Shown here: positions 29,380 through 41,128 of the stretch, in pieces | Layout: each line of letters starts with the position of its first letter | How positions within the stretch are numbered: position 1 is the first letter of the stretch | Source of the DNA: the human T2T-CHM13v2.0 reference genome, Homo sapiens | Direction: 5' to 3' (one strand) | DNA length: 64,000 bases | NCBI RefSeq assembly: GCF_009914755.1 | Contig: NC_060931.1 | Notes under the pieces: generated by a model | What the model was told of the DNA's origin: nothing | Database searches by the model: none | What the model saw: only the letters and a program-made list of their open reading frames with translations | Program-made: the position numbers and the translations under genes

Positions 29380-30075
29380 TGCAGCTGGTGGTCAGGAGTC
29401 AGCTCTGGACTCAGACTGCCTGGAGTCGATCCCATCTCTGCACTCAGGAGCTGCCTCACCTGCCTGTGCCTCTGTGTAACACTGTGGAAGTGGAACCTCT
29501 TTTGAGTGTTACTACAGGGATTCAATGAATTCACACATGTAAAATCTTAGTGCAGAACTGGCAATAGCAAGTGTGCGGTATTAGCTGTTATGATCATCTT
29601 CCCATAACATGTTTTTCCTTAGAGGTCTCAGTAAGAGTATTCCTGAATATTTGATATGTTTTGCTCTCAAAGGGGACTCATGGCTTGGCTGCCCTCTACC
29701 ACATTCCTACATGCCAGCCACAGGTCCAAGTGCTGTACATTCACCACCTCACTTGACCCTGTTTGATGAACAGGACAAATGGAACAAGAGTGTCACAGAA
29801 ATCTGTGTTAGCACCTTCGGTCTCCAGCTTGATTGCCTCTTTTCCAAGGAGGATCCCAGATCCTTCTTACCGGAGTCAGTCTTGCACATGGCATGGATCA
29901 CTCTAACTTACCTGCAAGAAGCAGGGTGGCCTGCCAGTGAAGATAAGGGCATGCGCTGGCGACAAGTGGACTGAGGTTCAAACTCTGGCTCTACCAATTA
30001 CTTGTTATGAGTCCTTGCATACATTATTTCATATCTCTAAGCCTCAATTTCCTCTTCTGTAAATGGAGAAAATCA
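29380..30075. mobile_element. Two MIR fragments (about 29380-29590 and 29960-30075)
   Basis: GGTTCAAACTCTGGCTCTACC...CTCTAAGCCTCAATTTCCTCTTCTGTAAATGG core. Confidence 0.6.
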
Positions 30076-30456
30076 TAGAGCTCTTAAATATTAGTTAATA
30101 ATAGTGTATTACTATTGTGAGGATGATATTTGGCCCATTTTATTCTGGGGCCCCAAGACCAAACTGGATGAACTACACAGACCAGCTGGCTCTGAATGAA
30201 CAAGAGAAAGTGGCTCCTGCACTTTGTGACCTTCCCTGAGAAGATGTGAAGGCAGGTGAGAGGAGAGGAAGTCGGAGGCTGGATCTGCATGTGCCTATGG
30301 CTTCTGGAAGTCACAGCCACAAAAGGCAGTAGAATTGCGAAGAATGCTAAGGCCAGGTCCCTGACTCTCTCACATCCAAGAAAAGCTTTCACCAAAACAA
30401 CCACCATCTGATTCTAAATATTTCTGACTTTTTGTTCTGAATGTACTCTTCCAAAA

Positions 30457-30596
30457 CAATGGTCCTCAACTGGAAATGCAAATGCTCAAGCCTACCACAG
30501 ACCTACTGAATTAGAGACTCTGGGGGTGAAACCCAGCAATCTGTTGTAACAAGCCCTCCAGAGAACTGAAGGGCAAAAAGGTTGAAGAACCACTTC
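30457..30596. mobile_element. MER5A
   Basis: CAGACCTACTGAATTAGAGACTCTGGGGGTGAAACCCAGCAATCTG...AACAAGCCCTCCAG. Confidence 0.75.
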
Positions 30597-32530
30597 TTCC
30601 AGACAGTCCCTTACACAAATACACCCCAAAGAAGGTTCTGTGTGTACATCCACTTAGACCTTCACACCTACAAGTAAAACAAGGCAAATACACGCTCAAG
30701 GAACACACAGTCAAAGAATAAACAGGTAGGTAAGGGAGCCTGGCTCTGTGGGTAGACAAGTGGGAAAAAATAAATAGGTGGAAGCAGAGAGCAGAGACGC
30801 CATCAAAGAAGGATGGTAGGAGAGGCCATGGAAGTCAGTGGCTGAAACCCACAAAACATAACAGCTGTCAGAATTACCAGGTTCTCTGTCAGGTTTCACC
30901 AGCAGAAGGAACATACTGGTTACTGAACTACTTTGGCAAGCAACAGGAAATGGGTCAGTTTCATCAGCTTTGCTTTAGGAAGCAATCATATGTATGAGAC
31001 CAAGGTTGAGGAGGAAAAGGAGAGCAGAGGATGCAGAAATGCAACCACCAGCCATATAAACAGGAAACATTTCAAGTTGCCTTTGTTGCTTCAGTTTTTG
31101 AAGCAAGGTGTCCCCTTATCAGTACTGCCTTTAGGACAGGGCAACAAGGGCTCAAGCCCTGAACCTCATTGGGTCAAGGCCCAAGCTCACCCCTCCCAAC
31201 ATGGGCTGTGCCCATTCATAGGCTGAGCACCCACCCTCTTCTTCAAGACCAGGCTCTGGGTCCCTGGGGCCATGAGATTCCCTGCCCAAAAGGCTTCATG
31301 CCTGCTTCCAGGCCCTTTCCCAGGGCCTGTGGGTGTACATGTAGACCTGGAAGGTGGGCAAGAGGCACCCCAGTTCCAAGCGGAGGTGGGAGTGGTCGCA
31401 GCTTGGACACACAGACCAGGAGTAGAGAGAGAGAATTGGGTGGATGGCAGACTGGGGGCCTCGCTTCACACTCTTGACCCAAGACCCACAAATGTCAGGG
31501 CAAGCTCACTCCCTAGTTTGTGTCTTATAACCGTGAAAGTCTGAGTGTTCAACTAATTTCAAATGCTGCTCATCTGGACTGAAATGCTTCCCAGGCAGGT
31601 GGGGAGTAGCCCCAGACAGAGACTACAACAGGACCCTATCTGAGGTCAGACTGTCATGCCTGGAGACAAGAGGCAGGGCTCAAGTTTTGGTGATGTCAAA
31701 GAGATAAAATGACTTTAAACTGTACCTTGGGAAATCAGTTTTTTTTTTAAAGCTGCTTAATGACTTAAAAGTGCTTTGAGGTTCTGTGAAACTCATCATG
31801 ATCGTACTGACTTCTCTCCTGTGATTTTTGTTGTTGTTGTTATTAAGTAGCTCATGGTGACAAGCTGTGAACTTTCTCAGGGAAACACAAGGAACCACTG
31901 AGGGCACTGTGGCCTTGCTTTCCTTGGGACAGAGGGAAACACTCCCTGCAGGAGGGGCTCAGTGTAGCACTGTGGGCTGCAAGGGGACCACGAGAACCAG
32001 AACTCAGGAGCTTCCGTATGCCTCTGGGGAAAAAGGAAGTGGCTCTGACAGCCTGGTAGGAACCACTATACCTGGAGCCCCACCTGGCAGTGCAGCCTAG
32101 CAAAGCTCCACTCGGCATTCTGGAGTGTTCTGGGGCTTCTGTGCACACTGCTACAGGGGAAGGGAGAGGAAGAGCCCTAGCTCTGCTCCCCCAGCACACA
32201 TAACATTGGAACAGCCTCTTCATTGCTCTGGCCTCAGATTCTCATGTGTCAAAGACTGAATAATAACGCATGAAGACCCCACCAGGGTTATACTATGACC
32301 CAGTCAGATTCTGTGAAATGCGAGTGAGCCTACAAAAAGAGATTCTTTAGAAAAACAGAACATCATGGTATTGCCAATCCCAGCAAGTTTTCCTGATCCT
32401 AGATCACTGCCATAAGGTGTGGGGAGGAAAGCAAAAAGAAACCAACATTTATTGAACCTCTGGACCAGGCAAGCCGACAAGTGCTCGATGCGTGTTCTCC
32501 TGCACCACCCCAACAGCAGCCCTGCCCCAA

Positions 32531-32645
32531 CTCCACGGCCGCAGTGCCTTCCACCGCACCACAAGGCCTCCCAGCATGGCCCACCTCCATCTCCACGGCC
32601 GCAGTGCCTTCCACCGCACCACAAGGCCTACCAGCATGGCCCACC
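32531..32645. repeat. Tandem duplication, 60-bp period, about 1.9 copies
   Basis: CTCCACGGCCGCAGTGCCTTCCACCGCACCACAAGGCCT(C/A)CCAGCATGGCCCACC at 32531 and 32591, with one mismatch in 55 bp. Confidence 0.95.
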
Positions 32646-35600
32646 CCTGGCTGTCTGGTTCCTTCTATTATACCCAGGCCAGTAAAAATTACCTTGTTCA
32701 AGTATCATTCTGATAATATCGGTCCCCTTCTCCACACCACAAAATGTCACTTGAATTAGAACCCCTTTTAAACCTTTTAACAACTGATCCCAAACACTTA
32801 CCATTCTCATCTGCTAGTCTATTTTGTGCTTACCACTCCAGCCAAGCAAAAATTACTTTGCAAATGAATTCCATTATGCACTCTGCTTATTCACCTTGTT
32901 AAGCCAACACCAGAGCTTTGCCTATTGCTGTTGTCTCTTTCTATAGGAATACCTCATTTATCCGACATCCTTGGAAAGAAGCTATCCACAAAATTGATCT
33001 ACATAAATTAATTTCCCTCTCTACCAGAAACTTAACCATTTAAGCAGCCTTAAATCCTCTTTGGAGTACATCACTGTAACAAGCAAATGAAAGAATTTCT
33101 TTAACCACTGACTAGTGGAAGCATTTCTGTAATACATTAGAGAACCTCCCAGGCTCAGTTAACAGAACATAATGAAACTGATGAATCTTTTCCTGATGGT
33201 ACAGGTCACACTTAATGAATAATAGTAATGACACTGTGCTGGAGCTGCAGAGGTGAGTGGTTCAGGGGAAAAGGCCGAAAGCACGTGTGCATTCTCTCTT
33301 GGTGCTCCTTCTCCCTGTCACGAGTTCCCCTGACACTTACTATCCTCCAGAAGTCCCTGCTATCCGCTCAGATTCTGGTGAGTAGATGCCGTGACACAGA
33401 ATTCAGGAAGGTGTAACTTGCTGTCTTTCTGTACAGTTTCAAAAACGTACATGCTGGTTTTTGTCAGAGCCCTATAAATCTTTCATTAGATACAAAATAA
33501 ACAAATTTTAAAAGAACACATTTCCACAATCGGCAATAAGCTGGAGTTTTCCAAATCTCCCTGCCCTGTGACTTTTTAAAATTTTTTAATTTAATACTCA
33601 CAACCTCGGCATTATAACCCTGTGACTTTTAACAGAAATCCAGGCACAAACACCATTAAAATTTGCTTCCTTAATGCTATGAAACTATAAGTTCTATATT
33701 GTATAGAGCTGGCTTCTTATCATAAGCCCTTGGACGAATGATTTTACTTGGGAATAACGATTCCATAGGTTGAATCAACAGGGAAATATTAGTGTGAAGG
33801 AAAATGGTAAAAATACACAAACAAACCCTTTGTTCTTCAAGATGCAAATCTGTGACTGTGTGAAGCCAGAAGTGCTTTCGTAGTCAATGTCATGGAAGGT
33901 TCTATGGTGATCTCTCACTGCGGATGGACAGAACCACCTGGAGGAAAAATACCCTTGTCCACTCACATATTAGGCTGCATTCTTTTTGTGACAAAGGTTT
34001 TTATAGAGTCGACAGCATTAACACATGCAGAAGAATTGATCAATCTTAATTCTGCTTAAACACAGTGGCATTTAATTGATCAGAACCTACTAAGGCAAAA
34101 GTACTTAGGCAAGAATTGTTAAAACAGACTACTGTCAAAAACATTACAAATTTGTTCAATGCTGTATTCAGAAATAAGTAGCTATAAAACCACAAAGATA
34201 TTTTGGAGTTTCAAAGGTTTTCTGCCTTTTCTTTTTTGGCAATGATTTTACTAGCTTGCTTTCTAAGGGCAAAGATATCTGTCAGAAAAAACACAACCTG
34301 CAGTGATGTCGTTCATTACATCTTTTGCCTTTTCCATTGGCTTTAAACCAAAGAGAGGGAGGACTACCCTCTGAAAGTCTGACTTGTAACCACTCTCATA
34401 AACACCTAGCTCACTCACCTTGGAGAACCTAGTAAAACAGGTATGGCTTTAGCTGACTCAGAATCTATAACGAATTTGACAAACGGTCCCTTCTAAATGA
34501 GGATGACCTGACACTGCTCTGAATCATCAAGATTCTTCTGTGTGCTTGCTCTTCTTTCAAGTGTAGTTCAAGTTTTTATACTTATGGCCTCTGCATTCTG
34601 TTTGTCAGATCTACGGGAGATAATTAAGCAAGATTCTAAAGAGTTGGAAGTTGAGGGGTGAAATGCAAAGTGATCAGTGGAGTCAAGCAGAAGGTGGCTT
34701 TGTTGGGGTGAGGGATGCCAGATACAAGTACAAGAAAAATAAAGACGGCCGAAATGAATGCGAGCTACAGATGAGTCACCAATCCAGGGCTGCGTAAGTT
34801 ATAACTTAGATGCATTAAAAGGAACAGTCAATTCCAGAAATATTTATGAAGCGCCTACTAGGTTTAAGGAACTGCACGGCTATTGTAGGGGACAAAGATG
34901 AATCAGACATGGTTCCTGCCCTCCAGGGGTTCACGATGATGCAAGAACCCTGAAGTCGTTTTTCTCTTATATGCGGTACTAATGAGAACATTATTAAAGA
35001 GCTGTATTCAGTTTTAACTGCCACCATTTTTTTAAATAGGGAGAAACTAGAGAGAGTTCAGAAGAGAGAAAGGAGATGCTTTCAGTGACACAAAACCGGC
35101 TCTGTGAGGAAAAAGCTAAAGAGACCCAGTTATTATCTTTAAGTATATGAAAGGTTTTAGAGAAAGGAATTGAGTAAAAGAAAACAAGTTTGAATGACAG
35201 CAGGCGAGATTTCAGCCAGGCCCAGGAATTTCTTGACAATCAGGTTAATAGAATACTGGAATTGGTCACTCAGGGAGTTCCAACTGCCCTTTCCTGGAAA
35301 AAATAATTAAATAAATAATGAACTGACAATTTCAAGTCACAGACATTCACCTTCCTGAAGACGGGGGTGAACTATATCTGTGTCAAGGTCTTCTGCTCTG
35401 GGGCTCTATGCCCCTGAAGCTAGGTCAGGCTTTTCTTTTTCCACAATTCCCTGAATGATCTGCTCTGGGTAAGTAGCCACTGAATGCTTCGGAGTGACAG
35501 CCCGATCTATATCCCCACCACCAAGTGCCACACAACTACCTGGAATACAAGGTCTCAGCCAGGCGAAAAGGCTGGGAATCAATTCTCCAACAGCCACATA

Positions 35601-35862
35601 TGATGCAAGAGTCCACTCGCAACAAAGCCTACGACACACCAAATATCAGAAACGAAAGTCTCTGAGAACTTGTGCAAATAAGAAACGTATTTGCATTGGC
35701 AAGGATATAAAATTTAAGTAACAAATAGAAGAAGACAGGATCTTCTGCAAGTTACAGACAGTAATATTTATGGACATTTCTAAGAAAGCTTGTAATGAGT
35801 ATTTTCTACACTCAGAAACACTTTTTTGAGTCTACGTAAAGAAAACACTTCAAGAGAGATAG

Positions 35863-36176
<314 letters not shown>

Positions 36177-39100
36177 CAAGTCTTCCCATTCTAGCTGAAG
36201 AAAGCATAGGCATGTTAGAAGTATGAACTGCCACTAAAAAAAAAAAGGAGAAGAAAAAATTCCATCTTGAATCAGACCCATGGTCTAGTGAGTCTATGCT
36301 TCTTTCACTTCCCCCACCCTGTAAAGTCAGGGACAGGGATTAAGATTTTGTCATTTCGACAAACCCAGAACCTGCCACAGGGCCTGACACACAGCAGGTC
36401 CTGCATAAATGTTTGCTGAATGAATGCGTTAAAGATGGGCCCTCGTCTGTCAAGAGGTGGAACATTTGAGTTCATGTGGGTGAAGGGCGCAGGGCGGTGC
36501 ACAGCACAAAGTCAATATGGCCTAAGTCACAGTGATCACCGTGACCCTCAAGCATCTGGGTTTCTTTTATAGGAAAAATAAAGATCTGCCTATACTGTAG
36601 GTTTTTCTTTTCTTTTTTCCCCCAAAAGAGAATAGCTATATGAAATGGAACTCTTGCGAGTTTGGGCCTTTCAAGTTCACATCCCATCGGTGGTTATATA
36701 AAGTCTACTGCCATTATTCTGAAGCCCGTCTTTGACACCAACCCAAAGTCCTTGAATTGTCATCAATAAGACTACCAGAAAGCACAGGCGAATTACACGT
36801 TCAGAGAACAATAAGAAATGCTCACATATCACACCCTCTTGATCATCACTACTTTGCTCCACACAAACCTCAAAGGTGGTTCCCCAAGACTGGTCTCTAT
36901 GGGAGGAAGGGAGAGAGAGAGAGATGAAGAAATATAAAACATAAAATACAAAGAATCTGAGCCCCTGTAACTTACAGAAAGCACCAAATTGTCTTTTGTA
37001 GGAAAATGATGTTTAATGCATGGTGAGGCAGACCCTGGCTTGTGGTGGGCGAGGAGCCTCCCCTTGGAGGAGGCTCTTGGTGAACCACCTCTGGGTGCTC
37101 CCTTGCCCAGCCTGCTGCCTTGTTTAGGAATGGATCTTGGTTAACGGCAAAGGTTATCTTTCATACTTGGGGATACTTTCCAAGAGGCACAGCTGCAGCC
37201 CCTGAAACTCTGCCCCAGCAGTTTATTTCCACATTTTTCAAGTAGCACAGAAAGTGCCACTATAGAAGAGAAATTCTCTACCTGAAACCAGCAGAAGCTC
37301 AATGCAAATAAAGAATCTGGAAAGGTCACAGAGGGAGTAAAAAGAAGGTTCTTTCTTCTATGGCTATAGGGGGTTTATTGTTGCTGGTGCCCAAACTGGA
37401 AAGGGAATCGCAGGAGATTAATAATTGAAATGTTGCTATTATTGGTTTTCGAAACTATTTGTGGGTTATTCTTTCCCTGGAGTCATCATGTCTGTAAGCA
37501 TCTCAGAAGATAGAGGGATTTAACACACTCTGAGAAGATGCCTACTACAGCCAGGGACTTTACGTGCACTAGTTTCTAATGGAGTTCCTGCACAGTCCAA
37601 TAAAGCCCAAAGTCGTATCACTAGATTCAAACTCAGGTTTCTCTGATTCAAGTATCATAGCACATTGTCTGAAATCAAGGATAAAATTAAGGCACCTTAC
37701 TCACTACTCAAATGTGGCGAGAAGAAAAGCAACATTTATACTTACTCATTTTTAAAATATAAAACCTAAACACAGGAACAGATATTTTAGGGCATGTGTC
37801 ATCAAACTCTGCTAACCCAAGATGATTCAGAATCTCATTTCTTGGTAGACAGCTTGGTAGATAGGCATCTTCAGGTCCATCTGATGATGAATTGCAGCAG
37901 ACAGTTTTTGGAAGTCTGTGAAGTGTTCCTTTACATAAGCCAATAGTAATCAACACAGCATATCTCAGGGAGAGGAAAACATAAATAACTTGGAATTTAG
38001 GCTCCTCTCATTCAGAACCCATAATAGAGACCTTGGTGGTTGGCCTTTGCACTAGATATTGAAAAAGCCTCGCAAAGCAAGTTGATGGAGGAAATACAAT
38101 CACAAGGCAAATGTTTAACCTTCTAAAGAAAATAAACCTTTTTATAAGAAGTTCAGTTCCAAACCACCAAAAACTAACATGCTATTTATAAACCTATCCT
38201 TCAAGCAAGCCCTGGAAGACTGATTCTCTTTGCCACCCATTAATTGGTATTATCAAATACCCCTTGTTTCAAAAACAGCATTTCTGTCTAAATCTCTGGC
38301 GGTTCAGAACGCTCCATTAATGTATCTGGGCCTTCACCTGGTATTCCAACTTGGTGCAGCAGCACCCCATTGAAACAATTCCCTCTCGTGTCGTTATACT
38401 TTTCCTGAGAAGAATCATGCACACTCTTTAGGAGCTCAAAACCCACAAGGAATCCCTCTTCTTATAGAAATCTACAGGAAAAGCTCTGCTCGTTTAGCAT
38501 GCACACAGGGAGTCCATGTGCTCTGATTGAGACAGGGGAAAAATCAGGTTTCCTGAACCCAGAGGATGTCACCACGGCAGGAGAAAGGAGGTCATCAGAG
38601 TCTTGGCACACTCATCACAGTGAGTGAATGCGGGTCCTAGCAACCTAATCCTTGATTCTAGAAGTCACCTGTCTGTTTTAGAGCATGTCCAACAATCTCT
38701 TTCAAAAACACCCAGATCTGGGCTTTTGGCAGACTGATGTGGGCCAGTTGAGGTGGGATGGGGAGGAAGATTAGAAAAATAATTATAAAGGTGCACAGAT
38801 AAACATCCGGAATAAAAGGGTGCACAGCGCAGGAACAATGAAGAGGGCACACGGACAAGATGGAGGGAAACTGAGGGCTGAAAGAGGCCACCGCGGAGGT
38901 CACCTGAGACAGGGAAGGAAGGCTGGCAAATAAAAACAGTTCATGAGACTTTTGAGATCCATGATTATTCTTAAACCGTAACACCCTACACACCTGCAGT
39001 TCTTTATCTGGCGTAAGGAACTGGAAGAACAATGTAGCAGGAACGGGGAGAGCCAAGTCTCAGCCTCGGGGGCATGGCCTACCTTCCATATGGATTTAAA

Positions 39101-40896
39101 ATGAAAGGAGCAGGAGGAGAACAGTGCAGTTCCCAAGATGGCTTTCCACAAAGTTGACAAAATACACCCCAACTCACATACCCGGTCCCTAGTAACAGGG
39201 AAACCAGCCGTTTACTATAGTTCTGAATTCAATGCCAAGTTCCTTCTCTCAACTCACCGGGAGTGTCCAGCAGAGGGAGTCTCAAGGAGGTACTTAATAA
39301 AGAGAAAATTGTTTCATTTTAACACTCTAGACAGTGGGAGCATTGACTGTAGCCCCCTCCTGTAGACGCAGATGAACAATGAACGCCCGACATGGGTTCT
39401 CCCGCATGTTCACATGTCCACCGGCATGTTCTATTCTGCGTGGTGGAGTGATCAGAAATTTCGTTTTGTTTTGTCGAATGGTTAAATGGACCTTGTGTTC
39501 TTCAGAATCAAAGAGGAAAGCCCCTGGAATAACATCTCTCTGTTGCCTTCTAAACAGCCCCTTTGTTTCTAAGAGAGTCTGAAAAAAAAATATTTACAGT
39601 CTATAGGTTATTTACAGCCTCGTTATCCAGGGCCTGACTGGTAACTTTATTCCGGCCAGAAACCTAATTCATTTGGAGCCCTGAAACTAATAACAGATTT
39701 TCTTTTAAGTTTTTTTTTTTTTAATCAGCCTCTTATAACAGAGATAAAACTATTAATGCCTTCCCTGTCTCACTGGCCACAACTGTTCTCCGGATTTACA
39801 GGAGGATTACATTCCCCCCTCGTGCCCTCCTCTGTGCCACACAAACCCTGTCCCCTCTCATTTGCGATTTCATCCACAGAATATCTGAACAAAACCGAAA
39901 GAAAGCCGGGGGACCCACGCTAAAAGTATGTGAAGGCTGCGATTTCAATGATTTCATGAGACAAACATTTACACGATGAAACGACTGAAAAATCAGACAC
40001 ACTTGGGTTTAAAATTTCTCCTACTACAAGCACACAAAAACACATCGAAGTGTAAAAACTTAGTTGATTCTGGGTTGCTTTCTGGCTGGAAGCTGACAGA
40101 ACGGACTGAAGAGAAACGAAAGACAGTGTGCGAGGCAGACCTACTGCTTTTCTGCCTTGCGTTCTTTTCTTTCTTGCTAAAGGCAGTCAAATGGGGAAAA
40201 ATACCCCGATGCCAGGTGAAGGTGCACAACACAGATCGACCCAGACCGAGCCAGAAAAACGTCTCCGCCGCTCCCCCGGCTGGAAAACCCAAAGTCCACG
40301 TCCCCTTCCACACGCTAATGAGGGGAGATTTTCGCCTATTTCATTGTTCTGCCTGGCTCTGACATGGACTTTTCATCTCTCTCCTCTCTCCCCACCTAGC
40401 CCCGTGCATTCCGATTCCACAGCCCCCCCAAAATCGGAGGCTCGCGGAGAATAAAGGAGCGTGGGGTGGGCGCGGAAAGAAATGGGAAGGGGCGCGGGGC
40501 GGAGAGCGAAGTGGAAAGGAGGTGCTCCGAAAGGTAATGTGGGGGGGCGGTGGAAGCTAAGCCGCATCACCTTCATTTATCGCAAATAAATAAAAAGCAC
40601 AGTCACCGGTCCGCCTTCCCCGGCGTCCCTGCCCTCCCCGGGCAGCCGCCCACCCTCGCACACGCCCCCTCCCCTCCTGCGCCCCCGGCCCCTCTCCCCG
40701 CCCTGGAAGCAAGACCCTGCCGGCGCCGGGTCCCGGTCATCTTCCGGGCGAGGGAGGGGGTCGCGGCCCCCTCGGGCCCCGGGTGGGGGCTGGGGCAGGC
40801 GCCGGGGGCTGCGGGCGCGGGGCCGCGGGCAGAACAAAGCTGCGGGGGCCGCGGAGGGCGGCGGGCGCGGGGTCGGCGGGGCCGGGCGCCCCTTAC

Positions 40897-40915
40897 CTTC
40901 GTACACGGGGGCCAT
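40897..40915 (-). CDS. HIPK2: HIPK2 (homeodomain-interacting protein kinase 2) coding part of exon 1, MAPVYE + first base of Gly7
   Basis: Minus strand reads ATG GCC CCC GTG TAC GAA G followed by the canonical donor GTAAGG (40896-40891). MAPVYEG is the known HIPK2 N-terminus (MAPVYEGMASHV...), and the exon sits in a CpG island. Confidence 0.95.
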
Positions 40916-40932
40916 CGGGGCCGGGGTGTCCG

Positions 40933-40946
40933 CGGTTCATGGCAAC
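40933..40946. promoter_or_regulatory. RFX X-box-like site
   Basis: CGGTTCATGGCAAC contains a perfect GTTGCCATG half-site on the minus strand; the other half is imperfect. Confidence 0.4.
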
Positions 40947-40997
40947 GGGGACGGGAAAGCGGCGCGCGAGCTCGGCCCCCCCAGCCTCAGTCGGAAT

Positions 40998-41008
40998 CTG
41001 CCATCTTG
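40998..41008 (-). promoter_or_regulatory. YY1-type motif (CAAGATGGC) in HIPK2 5'UTR
   Basis: Minus strand CAAGATGGCAG matches the YY1 core AAGATGGC and overlaps a uORF start codon. Confidence 0.5.
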
Positions 41009-41098
41009 AGCCTGTGTCTCCGCTCTCGGCGCAGCCGAGGCCGCCCGCGCCCGCATCACCGCCTCCCGTGGCCGGCGCCGGGGGAGGGGGCCGGGCGC

Positions 41099-41128
41099 GC
41101 CGCCGCCGCCGCCGCCGCCGCTGCCGCC
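41099..41128 (+). repeat. (GCC)7 GCT (GCC)2 trinucleotide repeat = CGG/GGC repeat in HIPK2 5'UTR
   Basis: Read directly from the sequence. Confidence 0.95.

Noticed and set aside
32531-32645. Direct repeats as a CRISPR-like array
   Set aside because: Only two adjacent copies with no unique spacers, in eukaryotic DNA with no cas genes.
40577-40915. 112-aa ORF MAPVYEGKGRP...
   Set aside because: Only the first 19 nt are exonic; the rest is read-through into intron 1 past the GTAAGG donor.
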